Part shown: positions 51,601-64,000 of the stretch, piece after piece
Position numbering within the stretch: the first letter of the stretch is position 1
How the letters are laid out: each line of letters opens with the position of its first letter
DNA from: Chiloscyllium plagiosum
Lineage: Eukaryota
Length of the DNA stretch: 64,000 nt
Reading direction: 5' to 3'
NCBI RefSeq assembly: GCF_004010195.1
Contig: NC_057724.1
Coordinates: 60,773,687 to 60,837,686 of the forward strand
Position numbers and translations under genes: made by a program
The notes under the pieces: model-generated
What the model was told of the DNA's origin: nothing
Seen by the model: the letters and a program-made list of their open reading frames with translations, nothing else
Databases searched by the model: none

Positions 51601-54370
51601 GAGGGTTTGGTTAAGAAAAAGAAGGGAACAGATGTCAGGTATAGACAGGATAGATCGAGTGAAACCTTAGAGTATAAATGCAGTAGGAGTATACTTCAGA
51701 GGGAAATCAGGAGGGCAAAAAGGGGACAGGAGATAGCTTTGGCAAATAGAATTAAGGAGAATCCAAAGGGTACTTACAATATATTAAGGACAAAAGGGTA
51801 ACTAGGGAGAGAATAGGGCCCCTCAAAGATCAGCAAGTACAGAGGAGGAAGTGCTGGATGTCTTGAAACAGGTAAAGGTGGATAAATCCCCAGGACCTGA
51901 TCAGGTGTACCCGAGAACTCTATGGGAAGCTAGAGAAGTGATTGCTGGGCCTCTTGCTGAGATATTTGTATCATCGATAGTCACAGGTGAGGTGCCGGAA
52001 GGCTGGAGGTTGACAAACATGATGCCACTGTTTAAGAAGGGCGGAAACGATAAGCCAGGGAACTATAGACCGGTGAGCCTGACTTCAGTGGTGGGCAAGT
52101 TGTTGGAGAGAATCCTGAGGGACAGGATATACATGTATTTGGAAAGGCAAGGACTGATTCGGGATAGTCAACATGGCTTTGTACATGGGAAATCATGTCT
52201 CACAAACTTGATTGAGACTTTTGAAGAAGTAACAAAGAAGATTGATGAGGGCAAAGCAGTAGATGTGATCTATATGGACTCCAGTAAGGCGTTCGACAAG
52301 GTTCCCTATGGGAGACTGATTGATTAGCAAGGTTAGATCTCATGGAATACAGGGAGAACTAGCCATTTGGATACAGAACTGGCTCAAAGGTAGAAGACAG
52401 AGGGTTGTTTTTCAGACTGGAGGCCAGTGACCAGTGGAGCGCCACAAAGATCGGTGCTGGGCCCTCTACTATTTATCATTTACATAAATGATTTGGATGC
52501 GAGCATAAGAGGTACTGTTAGTAAGTTTGAGTGCAGGTTCATAGTTCCTTGAAAGTGGAGTCGCAGGTAGATAGGATAGTGAAGAAGGCATTTGGTATGC
52601 TTTCTTTTATTGGTCAGAGTATTGAGTACAGGATTTGGGAGGTCATGTTGTGGCTGTACAGGACATTGGTTAGGCCACTGTTGGAATATTGCGTGCAGTT
52701 CTGGTCTCCTTATCGGAAAGATGTTGTGAAACTTGAAAGGGTTCAGAAAAGATTTATAAGGATGTTGCCAGGGTTGGAGGATTTGTGCTATAGGGAAAAC
52801 AGGCTGGGGCTGTTTTCCCTGGAGCGTCAGAGGCTGAGGGATGTTTTTATAGAAGTTTACAAAATTATGAGGGGCATGGATAGGATAAATAGACAAAGTC
52901 TTTTCCCTGGGGTCGGGGAGTCCAGAACTAAAGGGCATAGGTTTAGGGTGAGGGGGGGAAAGATATAAAAGAGACCTAAGGGGCAACTTTCTCACGCAGA
53001 GGGTGGTACGTGTATGGAATGAGCTGCCAGAGGATGTGGTGGAGGCTGGTACAATTGTAACATTTAAGAGGCATTTGGATGGGTATATGAATAGGAAGGG
53101 TTTGGAGGGATATGGGCCGGGTGCTGGCATCTGGGACTAGATTGGATTGGGATATCTGGTCGGCATAGACAGATTGGACCGAAGCGTCTGTTTCCATGCT
53201 GTACCTCTCTATGACTCTAAGAGGAGGTCCATACGCTTTTTGTCAGTGGCCTTTCTACAGACATTAAACCACGCGAGTTTTACCTTTGCCTTTCAATCAT
53301 TTAAGGGATATGAAGGTTCATTGATCAAGCTAACATCACAACAGGCTTTGTTACGTTTAGCAGCAGAGCAAGAGTAGAAGCAGCAAAGAATGCGGTTATT
53401 CACCTAGCCTGCTGCACCACTGCACACTCATTTGCGCTGGTATCTTCCACCTGAAGCACCTCGGCATGGACGGAAGTCTCATCAGTTTTGGGAAGCATTT
53501 AACTGCCCTTATCAAAGAATTCAGATTTTTCTGACGAGTGATGCAAGGACAGACTGAATTTTGTTTTCAGGTTGTACTTTACCAAAGGAGATTTTGGAGA
53601 ACTAGCTTGTTTCCACTTGAATTGGAGGGGATGGAGTGGCCACTAAGGACTGTGGGTTTAAGAACTTTACTGGTGATTTTTTTTTCCAAATGGTAGGATT
53701 CTTCAAACTCTTAATTTCTGTAACTGACAAGTAACTTTTTTGTTATAATCATTGTAAGCTGTGTGTCAATTTCTTGCTTAAATACTGGCTGTCAGAGTCT
53801 TATGAGAGCCGGTAATGCCATTGGTTATCATGAAATGATAAAAAGAGGGACTGAGAATGTGCATAGGGTATGATCGAGTAGGGAAAGGGTTAAGTTCTGA
53901 GTTTTGTGAAACGAGATTCAGCTGAGTATGACTCAGATCAGGTAAGAACTTGCAGTTAACAATGGGAGGCAAGGGTAATGGGTTAACAAGGTGGAAAAAC
54001 ATTAAATATGTCGATCCATTTAACAAGATGATGTAGCATTCAATATATGAGGTCAGTTTAATAAGGTGAAAAGTATTCATTATGTGAAGCCAGTTATTCA
54101 TTGTGTAATAGCAGATGGCTTAATCTTTACTATTGACTAGCTGATTGTAATGGTCACCCAATTAATATGTATGTTGCTTTATCTGAATGCTCCTCCCTGT
54201 AAAATGACAAGATAGTTAATTGAGAAATTGCTGTTCCAGAGAAGACCTGTGCACATGGGTGATCGTTCTCTCTCCCTCCGGGGTCTGGAATAAAGATGAA
54301 GGTAAAACTGCTGTGTCTGAGCGTTTTGCTTTGACTGAGGGGAGGAAACGGGATGCCAGTTAGATTCAGA
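48669..54370 (+). mobile_element. Degenerate LTR retroelement/ERV in PSMD10 intron 1 (5' LTR about 48669-49195, 3' LTR about 53852-54370)
   Basis: Two diverged direct repeats of about 520 bp (GGGAAAGGGTTAAGTTCTGAGTTTTGTGAAAC...GGAATAAAG), PBS TGGCATAGTTGACAGGAT at 49197-49214, PPT AAAAAGAGGGA at 53840-53850, leader donor GAG|GTAAGT near 49291. Confidence 0.8.
51176..53218 (+). mobile_element. CR1 LINE (same family as 29118-31497) inserted in the ERV, internally deleted
   Basis: ORF 51851-52327 (PGNYRPVSLTSVVGKLLE...SQHGF...KAFDKVP) and 52531-52968. Confidence 0.95.
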
Positions 54371-54634
54371 AAGGTAAATGAAGATACCTGCATTGAGGAA
54401 ACATGTCCTTGGGTACACAAGATTGTAATGGTGTTTTAATTTTCATCTTGTGCAAAATGAGTATAGATAAAGAATTTGAAACTTACTGGGAAATTCAGCA
54501 TGCTATGATTATTCTTCCCTGAAAGTTATTTTGCAACAGAACTACTAATGAGTCCTTTCTCATTGCATAACACTGCCTCTGAAATAGCTTGATCCCTAAT
54601 TCCTTTCTTGATGTATTGCTCTAGAAATGTTTCA

Positions 54635-55030
54635 ATTATAAGGAAAGACTGGATAGGCAGGAACTTTTTTCCCAGGAGCATTTAAGGTTGAGAGGTGACC
54701 TTATGCCGATTCTAAAATCATGTGGGGCATTGATAAGGTGAATAGACAGTCTTTTTTCTGTGGTAAGCGAGAGAGCATAGCTTTGAAGTGAGGGGGAAGA
54801 TTTAAGAGATCTGAGGGCAACTTTTCCATACACAGTGGTGTGTATATGGAATGAATTGCCAGAGGAAGTGATAGATCCAGCTACAGTTGCAACATTTAGA
54901 CAGGTATGTGAATAGGAAATGTTTACAAGGAAATGGGCCAAAGGTGTGTGAATGGGACGAATTTATTTTGGGAAACTGGTAAACGTGGATGAGTTGTATT
55001 GAAGGGTCTGTTTCAATACTGTATGATTCT
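54635..55030 (+). mobile_element. CR1 LINE 3' end
   Basis: RLRGDL / WNELPEEV remnants and tail. Confidence 0.8.
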
Positions 55031-56003
55031 CAACAAATTAATTTGTTGCCTAGGAAATGGTGAAGAGGGAGTGCTTTTAAATTCTGGCGGCAAGAAAGAA
55101 CATCGTTGCTTTAATCGATGATCTATGTCAGTAGTCTGGCTCCTTGTTCCTGCATGCTATGACATCCTAAACTACAGCCCTGTGACTCTATTTTACAATG
55201 TATAAATTTTATTTACAGTGCATTCCATATTTTGTAGTTAATGGTCCACAGCAGTAAAGACTTACAGCAGTGATGGTAAAATATTATGTATCTTCAATAT
55301 GCTTTTTTTTACCCCAAGAAGAACTTGAATGGCTTTATTTCAACTTGTATTAGTGCTTTGACTCCCAACCTATCTGAAAAAAAATTACCATTTGTTGCCA
55401 GAATTGTGTATTATCCTCTTCATTAATCTCTTAGCTATTCTAATAACTAACTTTTGTTTTCTTCAATTGTGCAAGGCTTTTATATTTATTTGCCTCTGAG
55501 TTATATATACCTGGGACTGTCATCAGTTTAAGTACTCCTGATGTCTCTTAGCATTTCTGCTGTGATATGTGACATGGCAAAGTAAAGGAGTTTTTTTCCA
55601 AAAACAATTGGTTGACCCTTCACACAGATATTAAGGTTGTTGTTGATTGCTGCAAGGGTTGCTTGACTGAAGGTTATAATTAAAGTAAGACATTTTAAAT
55701 ATAACCTAGCCTGAATACTCAGCACAATACTGAAGGAGTGCTGCCCTGTTGTTGGTGCATGTTTTGAGTGAGAAGTTACATAGAGCCCCCATTTATTTTC
55801 CCAGATTTGATATAAACCATCCACAGGTTATATTTGTGGAAGTAAATTAAGATGTGAAATTGTATAGTGACTTTCTCAACAGCAAGTTATGACGAAGCAT
55901 GTTATAGCCAATAAAGGACTTTTCATGTCTTACCACTTGCGTAAGAATAGTGAGGCCAATCTGCACACAGGAAAATCCCCAAACTGCAGTGTGATAATGG
56001 ACT

Positions 56004-59000
56004 TCAAGGTTTGTGTAGTAGTTTTTAGCTTGGGTGCTGGTTGCTGTATCTGTGGTTATGTTTGCCAAACTGGGAAGGTGATTTCCAGACGTTTCATCCC
56101 CTGTCTAGATGATATCTTCAGTGCTTTGGAGCCTCCTATGAAGTGCTGCTGGACTGTTATCTGGAATTTATTTGGTTCTGCTCCTCTTGTTTCCAGTTTC
56201 AGTCATTTGTTGTAGTGGCTGGTACATTGGGTCTAGGTGTATATATTTGTTGATGGAGTCCATAGTTGAATGCCATGCTGCTAGAAATTCTCTAGCTGTC
56301 CTCATAAGTTCTTTAGCTTGTCATATGATTGTGTAGTCCCAGTGGAATTTGTGGTCCTTGTCATCTGTGCGTTTGGCTGCTAGGGACAGCTGGTTATGCC
56401 ATTTAGTAGCTAGTTAGTGTTCATGGATGTGATTGCTAGTTGTCTCCCTGTTTGGCCTATTTTAGTAGTTCATGCAATCTTTGCATGGAACCTTGTAAAT
56501 TACATTAGTCTTGCACATGATGGATGTAGCGGCTTTTGTTCTGGTGAGTTGTTGTCTGAGTGTGGCTGACATGAATCAGTTGTCAGAGAAGATTGACTGT
56601 TAGTTCTGAGAGGTTTTTTATATAAGGTAGCATGGCTTGTGCGTTGTGTTGTGGTATGTCCTCGTGGTGTTTGTCTGCTAAGCATCTACGGATTAAGTTG
56701 TGGGAGTGTCTGTTCTTGGTGAAGACTCTGTAGAGATGTTCTTGTCTTCGCAGGATGGGAGTGCTGCAGTGTGTTGTAGCCTTTTTGAACAGGGTCCTAA
56801 TGCAGCTTCTCTTGTGTGTTTGTGTAGAATAAACAGCACACTACAGAACCTACAAAAACATGGACTGATAGCCAGGATTGATTTACAAAGGCTGAAACCA
56901 GAAGGTCACAGCACCCCAAGATTTTATGGATTACCCAAGATACACAAACCAGACATACCACTTGGACCCATTGGTGGCACTTCCATCACATACAGTGGCA
57001 AAAGAACTCCCAATAAAAATTGAACCATCCAATCAGCAGGTCCAAGCACTCTATACAATCATTCCTAGACAACATCAAGAGCAATAAACATAGACAAGGA
57101 CGAAGCAATGGTCTCATTCGATGTAAGGGCACTGTTTACTTCGATTGACAAAACTCTCTAGCTAGAGAGACAATAGCCAACCTCCTGGACAAACAGAACA
57201 GACAACATGACGGGGAAACTATCAACAAGGTCTACATACTCAAACCAGACCTGTGCTTGCTTGACGATGCACTTCACGTTCAACAACCAAATATGAACAG
57301 ATTAAGGGGATACTAATGGGCTCACCTATCTCCGGGCTCACAATGCAAAGATTGGAACAAACAGCCGTCCCACAAACCATACCCAAACTCTGAATCAGAT
57401 ACATGGACAACACTTTTGATATCATTAAGAGAACAGAGATCGAGAACACACACCTGATTATCATAGGGATCAAATTTATGAGAGCAGGAAACAACCAACC
57501 CCCATTTCTGGATGTGATGGTAGAAAGAACACCGAATGGCGAATGCACTACAAGAATGTACAGAGGAACCTCGATTACCCGAGTGAAATGGGCAGGCACT
57601 ATTTCGTTCGAATAATTGATTATTCGGTTAATTGATTCAATGCCTCTTCTCTGGGGCTCAGTTTTCTAAAGTTAACATTTTCCACTTTTATGCCTACCTT
57701 GTTCCCTCTCGCTGTCTCGGGGGTTTGTTTCTGAGCAGACACACACTTGTGTGTAAGGGACCTGCAGCACTGCTGAAACCTCGCACCCCCAATCAGTTCA
57801 ATGGGATTGACACAATGAGCACTTGCTAAGTCCACTCCCTCAACCACACACACCCGTTTGCCCCTGCCCCCACCAACATTCCGCCCAGCTGGACTGGACA
57901 CCACCAGTAAGACTATTGCTGCCTTTGGAGTGGTGAGTCTCCAAATAGCCAACACAAAACACACTCCACCGTCCATGTTGGAGGGATTACCTGGGGAAGG
58001 AGGGGTTCAGGGTACACGCCCGTGTAGGACTCCAGGGAAAGTGTGAGCAGAGAGTGAGAGAGGGTGGGCAGTCAGTCATTTGGAGAAAGTGCTTGGGCTC
58101 CCATCAGTGTCCAGGACTGTTCCTGGCAGCATTTTACTGAGCCAAGTTCGTTTTTAAACATTCTAAACAAAAGACGCGATCAGTGTTGGAAACATCTCTT
58201 TGTAGTGTTTCTATTGGGACCTTGAAATCTCCTTCAGGTAATCCAGTATTCAGATAATCAAGGTTCCTCGGTACAAGAAAATCTCACACACCAACCAGAT
58301 CCTGAACTACAACAGTAACCACCCGATCGCACAAGGAGTTGCATTAGGACCCTGTTCAAAATGGCTATAATACACAGCAGCACTCCCAACCTGCGAAGAG
58401 AAGAACACTTCTACACAGTCTTCACTAGGAACTGATATTCCCGTAACTTCATCCACAGATGCTTAGCAAACAGACAATGCAACAAGGACATGCCACAATC
58501 CAACATGCTAGCCATACTACCTTATATGAAAAGCATCTCAGAACTAACAGCCAGGCTTCTCTGACCACTGCAATTCATGACAGCCCATAAACCGACTGCC
58601 ACGTTCAGACAACAACTCACCAGAACAAAAGACCCTATACCCATTATGTGCAAGACTAACAGGTGCAAAGACTGCATAAACCACTATAATAAACAGGCAG
58701 ACAACTAGCAATCCGCATCCATGAACACCAACTAACCACCAAGCACCATGATCAGCTGTCCCTAGTAGCCATACACACAGATAAAAAGGACGACAAATTT
58801 GACTGGGACAACACAACGGTTATTGGACAGCCAGAGAATTTCTCGAAGCATGGCATTCATCCATGGACTTAATCAACAAACATAAAGATCTAGGCCCAAT
58901 ATACTGACCACTCCGCCAAACAACTGGAACCGGAAACTGAAAGCAGCAGGAACAGAACCAAATAAATTCCAGAAGAGACAGCACAACAGCGCTTCACAGG

Positions 59001-59089
59001 ACACTCCAAAGCACTGAAGATGTCACCTGGGCAGGTGACAAAACATCTGCAAATCAACCTCCCAGCTCGGTGAACCTACCCACAGCTAC
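56004..59089 (+). mobile_element. Penelope-like element (second family) with an inverted 5' copy of its 3' end
   Basis: RT remnants PRFYGLPKIHKPDIPLGPI, MVSFDVRALFTSI, MGSPISG, RYMDNTF; about 56004-56820 is an inverted copy of the 3' region; 13-bp TSD GTGATAATGGACT at 55991-56003 and 59090-59102; hammerhead motifs at 56085-56124 (-) and 59011-59050 (+). Confidence 0.88.
57561..58271. mobile_element. Tc1/mariner-superfamily MITE (711 bp) inserted in the PLE
   Basis: TIRs CAGAGGAACCTCGATTA / TAATCAAGGTTCCTCGG flanked by TA on both sides; removing it restores the PLE sequence AGAATGTACAAGAAA. Confidence 0.85.
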
Positions 59090-59224
59090 GTGATAATGGA
59101 CTCTTAAACCTTAGTCATAATCTGTTTTTTAGAGATACCTTCAATGAACTTCAGATATAACTTTGTGTTTTTTACTCCACAGATACTGAGTACTTCCAGC
59201 ATTTTAAAATTATTTTATATATTG

Positions 59225-59400
59225 AAGGGGTTGAGTTAGTTCATTTGGTTGGATGACTGGTTTGTGATGCAGAATAATGTCAACAGCACAAGTTCAATTC
59301 ATGCACGGACTGAGGTCACTATAAAGGTCGCACCTTCTCAAGCTCACCCCGTACCTTAGGTGTGGTGACTCTAGGGTTAAAACCACACCAGCTGTTTCTT
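59225..59400 (+). mobile_element. Degenerate tRNA-derived SINE
   Basis: A-box-like TTAGTTCATTTGGTT and B-box-like AGTTCAATTC with tRNA spacing, followed by a non-tRNA body. Confidence 0.45.
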
Positions 59401-59715
59401 ACGCTCTGTCTAGTTTGAATCCAAGTAGATCTGCCTTACAGCCAGGTGAGTTGTACTCACCGCTCCTAGGAGTCGTAAAATGCACGCATCATAACTTACG
59501 TGTGTTGTAGCTTTGAGCTATGGATAAGGATAGTAGAAGCTCTAATTTATTTTCATCGCATATTCTGCTTTTCAACTACTGGCTATTTTTAGCTTCAGTG
59601 TCCTTAAAATGATTTATAATAAATCGGTGAAGGTTATTTATGTGAAATCTGTGGACTCAAAAAAAAAAAAAAATTTATGCCAATAATTTTATATTTCCTT
59701 CTCATGTTTGCTCAG

Positions 59716-59814
59716 GATAATAGGACAGTGTTGCATTGGTCATGTTCAGCCGGGCACAAAGACATTGTAGACTTTCTGTTAAGTCTCGGAGTACCTGTAG
59801 ATCCTAAAGATGAT
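59716..59814 (+). CDS. PSMD10: PSMD10 coding exon 2 (ankyrin repeat)
   Basis: cag|GAT AAT AGG...GAT GAT|gtgagt = DNRTVLHWSCSAGHKDIVDFLLSLGVPVDPKDD; 99 nt, phase 0. Confidence 0.95.
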
Positions 59815-61059
59815 GTGAGTAGAGTTGGTTAATTCTTCAAGTTATTTCTTATTGTTTACTGTTGCAGTGAATTTTAAATTGCTTTTTCTTGTGTCAGACC
59901 TTTCTATTGCTAAGTCACCTCTTTATTTGTAACTGCTTCTTGCCTTATCCTTGCTCTGCTTCTCTTCTCCATTCCAAATGTCTGGCTGTCTACCTGTTTC
60001 TTTCACTTGAGATTGTTCTTAAAAAACCTTTAACACTCTGGACATGGTTCTTGTCACCTGTCCTCGTCAGTTTTACGCCTGATAAGGAACTTTTTTTTGT
60101 ACTCCAGTGAGGGTGCTGCCTAAATGAAAATATGCAGGCCTGTGTTTTCACAGGTTACATGATCATCATAAAATCAGTGCGACTGGGAATTTCTAAATTA
60201 TTTCTTCAGTTAATGTACAATCCATATAAAAATATCAATAACACAACTCACTAAGGCCTGGAGGTTGGTATGGGAATCACAATGAGCACTTAATTTGCAG
60301 CAATTGCTTCTGAGGTAGGATGCACGCAAGCTTCATGCCATGTATGGTTGTATACCTGAGCAGGGGCACAAAACTGAGAGGCTAGCACAAGTTCAAGGTA
60401 GTGTGTATCTCCAAAAAGGGAAGTTTATTTTGATTCGAGCTGCAAGTCATTTTAAAGTGAACTTGATCTGCAAAAGATAATAAAATGGCACAGCATAGCA
60501 GATAACAGCCTTCTAGATTCTCTGAAAATGTACTGGGGGCATAGTTGCAGGAGGGGACGGGCACTCTATGACCTGAAGACAAGGAGGCTCACCCGAAAGA
60601 TACTAGCCATTGCAGTGGATGCCAGCAGTATTGCTTTGAGGATTTGGATGCAGTGACACAGAGATTAATGACTTCAGACAAATGATGCATTGTCAATTGT
60701 CATATCCTCATCTGAATTTGATTGAACTAATCAGTTCATCAACATCACCTTCCTCCACTTCACACCATCACCATTGACACTCACTTTGGTATCCGTGTAA
60801 GTGACATCAGAATCAGTGAAAAGTTTTTCAACTACGTTCAGAAAAAGGAAGGTGACCAGCAGCAATGTTGTCCACTTGAAACTCCGATTAATGGTGACAT
60901 TGTTGGTGAAAATAAAAACTCAATTAGTTTGCATCTGAAAGGGTCAGTGCACTAGACATCCCAAGCACCATTGATTGTGACAGGAACTCTCACAAGTTGT
61001 TGAAAGCAACATAACAATGGATTTTTAAAAACTAGCACTAAAAAAAACAAATCTTGAGG

Positions 61060-62400
61060 TGAATGTGAGAAGGAAATGGATGAGACTCTCTCTAGTTGGA
61101 TCCTTTTTAGATTCCCAAGTAGCAAAGTAACATATACAATTTTGCAAAGGGAGAGAGGGAAACCGGAGAGTCTCAGACCAGTTAGTCCAACATCTAATGT
61201 TAGAAAGTTGCTCGTGTCTTTCATTACGAATAAAGGACTGAACATTTTGAAAATGTCCTGCTGATCAGAGAGAGCCAGTGTGGATTTGTAATGGTAGGAT
61301 ATGCCCTAGAAACCTGATTGAATTTTCTGAATAGGTGATTGAAGTGATGGATTAGGGAAAGACTACATAAAATTGGAGGTGCAGTGGGTAGCAAAAAAGG
61401 TTACCTTGGAGTACAAAGGGACATTGATCAGATGGGCCAATGGGCTGAGGAGTGGTAGAAGGAGTTTAAGTTAGATAAATTTGAGGTCCTGCATTTTGGA
61501 AAAACAAATCAGGGCAGGACTTATACACTTAATGGTAAGGTCCTGGGGAGTGAACAAAAAGACCTTTTGAAGTGCAGTTTCATAATTCCTTGGAAGTAGC
61601 ATTGCAGGTGGATAGGATAGTGAAGAAGGCAATTGGTATGCTTTCCTTTACTGGTCAAGCATTGAGTATAGGAGTTTGGAGGTCATTTTGCAGCTGTACA
61701 GGACATTGGTTAGGTCATTGTTAGAATGTTGTGTGCAATTCTAGTCTCCCTCCTAAAAGAAGGAAACTGTGAAACTTGAAAGGTCTACAAGGATGTTGCC
61801 AGGGTTGGAGGACTTGAGCAATAGGAAGGGGCTGAATAGGCTGGGGCTGTTTTCCCTGGAGCATTGGAGGCTGGGAGGTGACTGTATAAAGGCTTTAAAA
61901 TCATGAGGGGGACTCCCCCCAGGATGGGGGAGTCCAGAACTAGAGGGCAAAAGAGTATGGTGAGAGGGAACGATTTAAAAGGGACAGAAGGGGCAACCTT
62001 TTCATACAGCAGGTGGTGCATGAATAGCATGAGCTGGCAGAGGAAGTGGTGGATGCTGGTACAATTACAGCATTTAAAAGACACCTTGATGAGTTTATGA
62101 ATGGGAAGGTTTAGAGGGGTATAGGCCAAGTGCTGGCAAATGGGACTAGATTAATTTAGGATATCTGGTTGACATGAATGAGCTGGACCAAAAGGTGTGT
62201 TTCCATGCTGTATATCTTTATGACTCTTTTATATGGATTTCTGAAAGTTATTGGATTAAAAGCTCACATGGCAGACTGTTGGTAACTTTGAAACTTCTGG
62301 AATTGAAGGCATATTGTTGACCTAGTTAGAACATTGACTGACAGGAGGTAGAGTGAAGGGATAATGGGCAGGTGCTTTAATTGACAGCATGTAATGATAT
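61060..62400 (+). mobile_element. Nested CR1 fragments (younger copy about 61365-62228 within an older CR1)
   Basis: RPVSPTSNVRKLL remnant of an old CR1, interrupted by a CR1 3' end with tail; old copy resumes with MDFLK. Confidence 0.75.
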
Positions 62401-63679
62401 GCTACTCAAAGAGCAGTTCAGGAGCCTTCAAGTTTCAATATTGATTTGCTACTTTGGCAATGCGTTGGAAAACCATGTGTCCAGACATGCTGAGGATATT
62501 AATCTAGGTGATAGGCAATGTATATTTGGAAGCATAAACTCACAAAGAAAACAGCGATAAGAAATGATTATTTCTGCTGGGTTGATTAAAAGGGATATGG
62601 TTTTAAATTTAGTGGGAGACCTCCCAGGAGTGAACTTAGAAAACGTTAAATGCAGGCAAAGGATGGCAGAAGTTTGCAACACTCTTCCACAAATGACATT
62701 TGAGGCTCGATCAGTTTTTATTTTGAATCTAAGACATTAAGGAATCTGAGTCATAAGCAAAGATATGGAGTTAATTCGCAAATCAGCCATGATCTTTGTA
62801 AATCCCGAAACAGGCTTTAGAGATTGAGACAAGGTTCTGTTTCCGTGTTCAAGTTAGTTATTTTTTAAAGTGAATCACAAATCAAATTAGAACCTGTAAC
62901 ACTAAGAAACTGAATATACTTCCAATTTCCAACAGTATCACATAACACTGCTTAGCTTATTGAATTGGAGCATAACATTTCTTTTACTGTGCTAAGTTAA
63001 TATCCTTTAATTCCAACTTCTGAAGTGCAATCTTGCTCTTCCTGTATCAGGCTTCTATTTTCCAATGTTACTATTTTTATGATTTCTCTTGGTGAGCTGG
63101 CTAAATGGCAATTTGTACCAAGTAAACTGGTGTTTGGGGAAAAAAGTCGTACACTCTTCAAAAACTACTAATATATGCAGTATTTCACTTGTACCCTTTC
63201 ACATCTTCCCAGTTGTTTCTCTACTGGCAATAAAGTCTAAACCAATTTCCTCCTAAAAGTGCCCAATTAAAGAGAGAGAATCGCCTAGGTTATTGTCTAC
63301 ATTTACACCATAAGAGGGTGCTCATGCAAATGAAATCGTGTTGTCAGGACAGATTGCAGAGAAGTCTTGATCTTCCATTTTGGGGTTAGGTTTTAAAATC
63401 TGGCTCTAAATAGTACTAATTTTCAATTCTTTGTCATTATTTAAATGTGTCTAATAGAAATTATAAAATATGGAAGTGTTGGAAAACAGATGGAAAATGA
63501 AAATGTTGGCAATTCACAGGACAGTCCACAGCTGTGAACAGAAGGTGATCTGATCTGTTCTGTTAAATGTACCCCTCCCTCAGGTGCTGACTGAATTGTG
63601 TATTTCCAGCATTTTGTTTCCTAATACTCTCATATGACTGAGTCCCTAAATTGGTGTTCTGGCAATGTTGATTTTGCAG

Positions 63680-63826
63680 GTTGGCTGGACACCCCTGCAC
63701 ATTGCTGCATCGGCAGGTCGAGAGGAAATCGTAAAAGTGCTGATTGGTAAAGGAGCACAAGTCAACGCTATCAATCAGAATGGTTGCTCGCCACTGCATT
63801 ATGCTGCATCTCGAAACCGTTATGAG
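63680..63826 (+). CDS. PSMD10: PSMD10 coding exon 3 (ankyrin repeats)
   Basis: cag|GTT GGC TGG...TAT GAG|gtattg = VGWTPLHIAASAGREEIVKVLIGKGAQVNAINQNGCSPLHYAASRNRYE; 147 nt. Gene continues off the right edge. Confidence 0.95.
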
Positions 63827-64000
63827 GTATTGAATTACTGTTTCAACATGCGGCCATTTCTGTCTAAATTTCAGTTTTTATTGTTGTTCTTCTGTTCATC
63901 CATCCTCGTGCAGTCAATATTCATTGTGCTTGTTTGTGATTAAGGATTGAAATATTTTGATCAATATTTCCTTCCCATTTAAACCATTTTGCATTCATGT

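Noticed and set aside
19746-53130. Long ORF-track entries such as 52480-53130(-), 19746-20318(-) and 30821-31219(-)
   Set aside because: They are antisense frames of CR1 ORF2 3' ends repeated across the window, not host genes.

Overview
Repeat-rich vertebrate genomic DNA, most likely from a cartilaginous fish (shark), judged from HE1/V-SINE-type SINEs and abundant CR1 LINEs. Three conserved protein-coding genes are partly present, with exons read manually between GT/AG sites: CNPY3 (minus strand, coding exons 1-4 at 17449-677, continuing off the left edge), ATG4A (minus strand, only coding exons 1-2 found) and PSMD10/gankyrin (plus strand, exons 1-3, continuing off the right edge). ATG4A and PSMD10 share a CpG-rich bidirectional promoter. 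Most of the remainder is transposon-derived: CR1, L1 and Rex1-like LINEs, SINEs, Penelope-like elements (PLEs), a Tc1/mariner-type MITE and a degenerate LTR/ERV element with a tRNA-Ser primer-binding site. The most interesting signals are (i) about a dozen minimal hammerhead-ribozyme motifs on PLEs and on tiny palindromic PLE derivatives with target-site duplications, (ii) an odd gene layout in which ATG4A stops after exon 2, faces an orphan signal-peptide exon and is followed on the same strand by CNPY3, suggesting a rearrangement or misjoin, a nested gene, or an in-frame chimera, and (iii) a non-coding ERV carrying an array of B-box-like motifs. Most entries in the ORF track are TE fragments or noise. 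TE boundaries are approximate unless a TSD is given.
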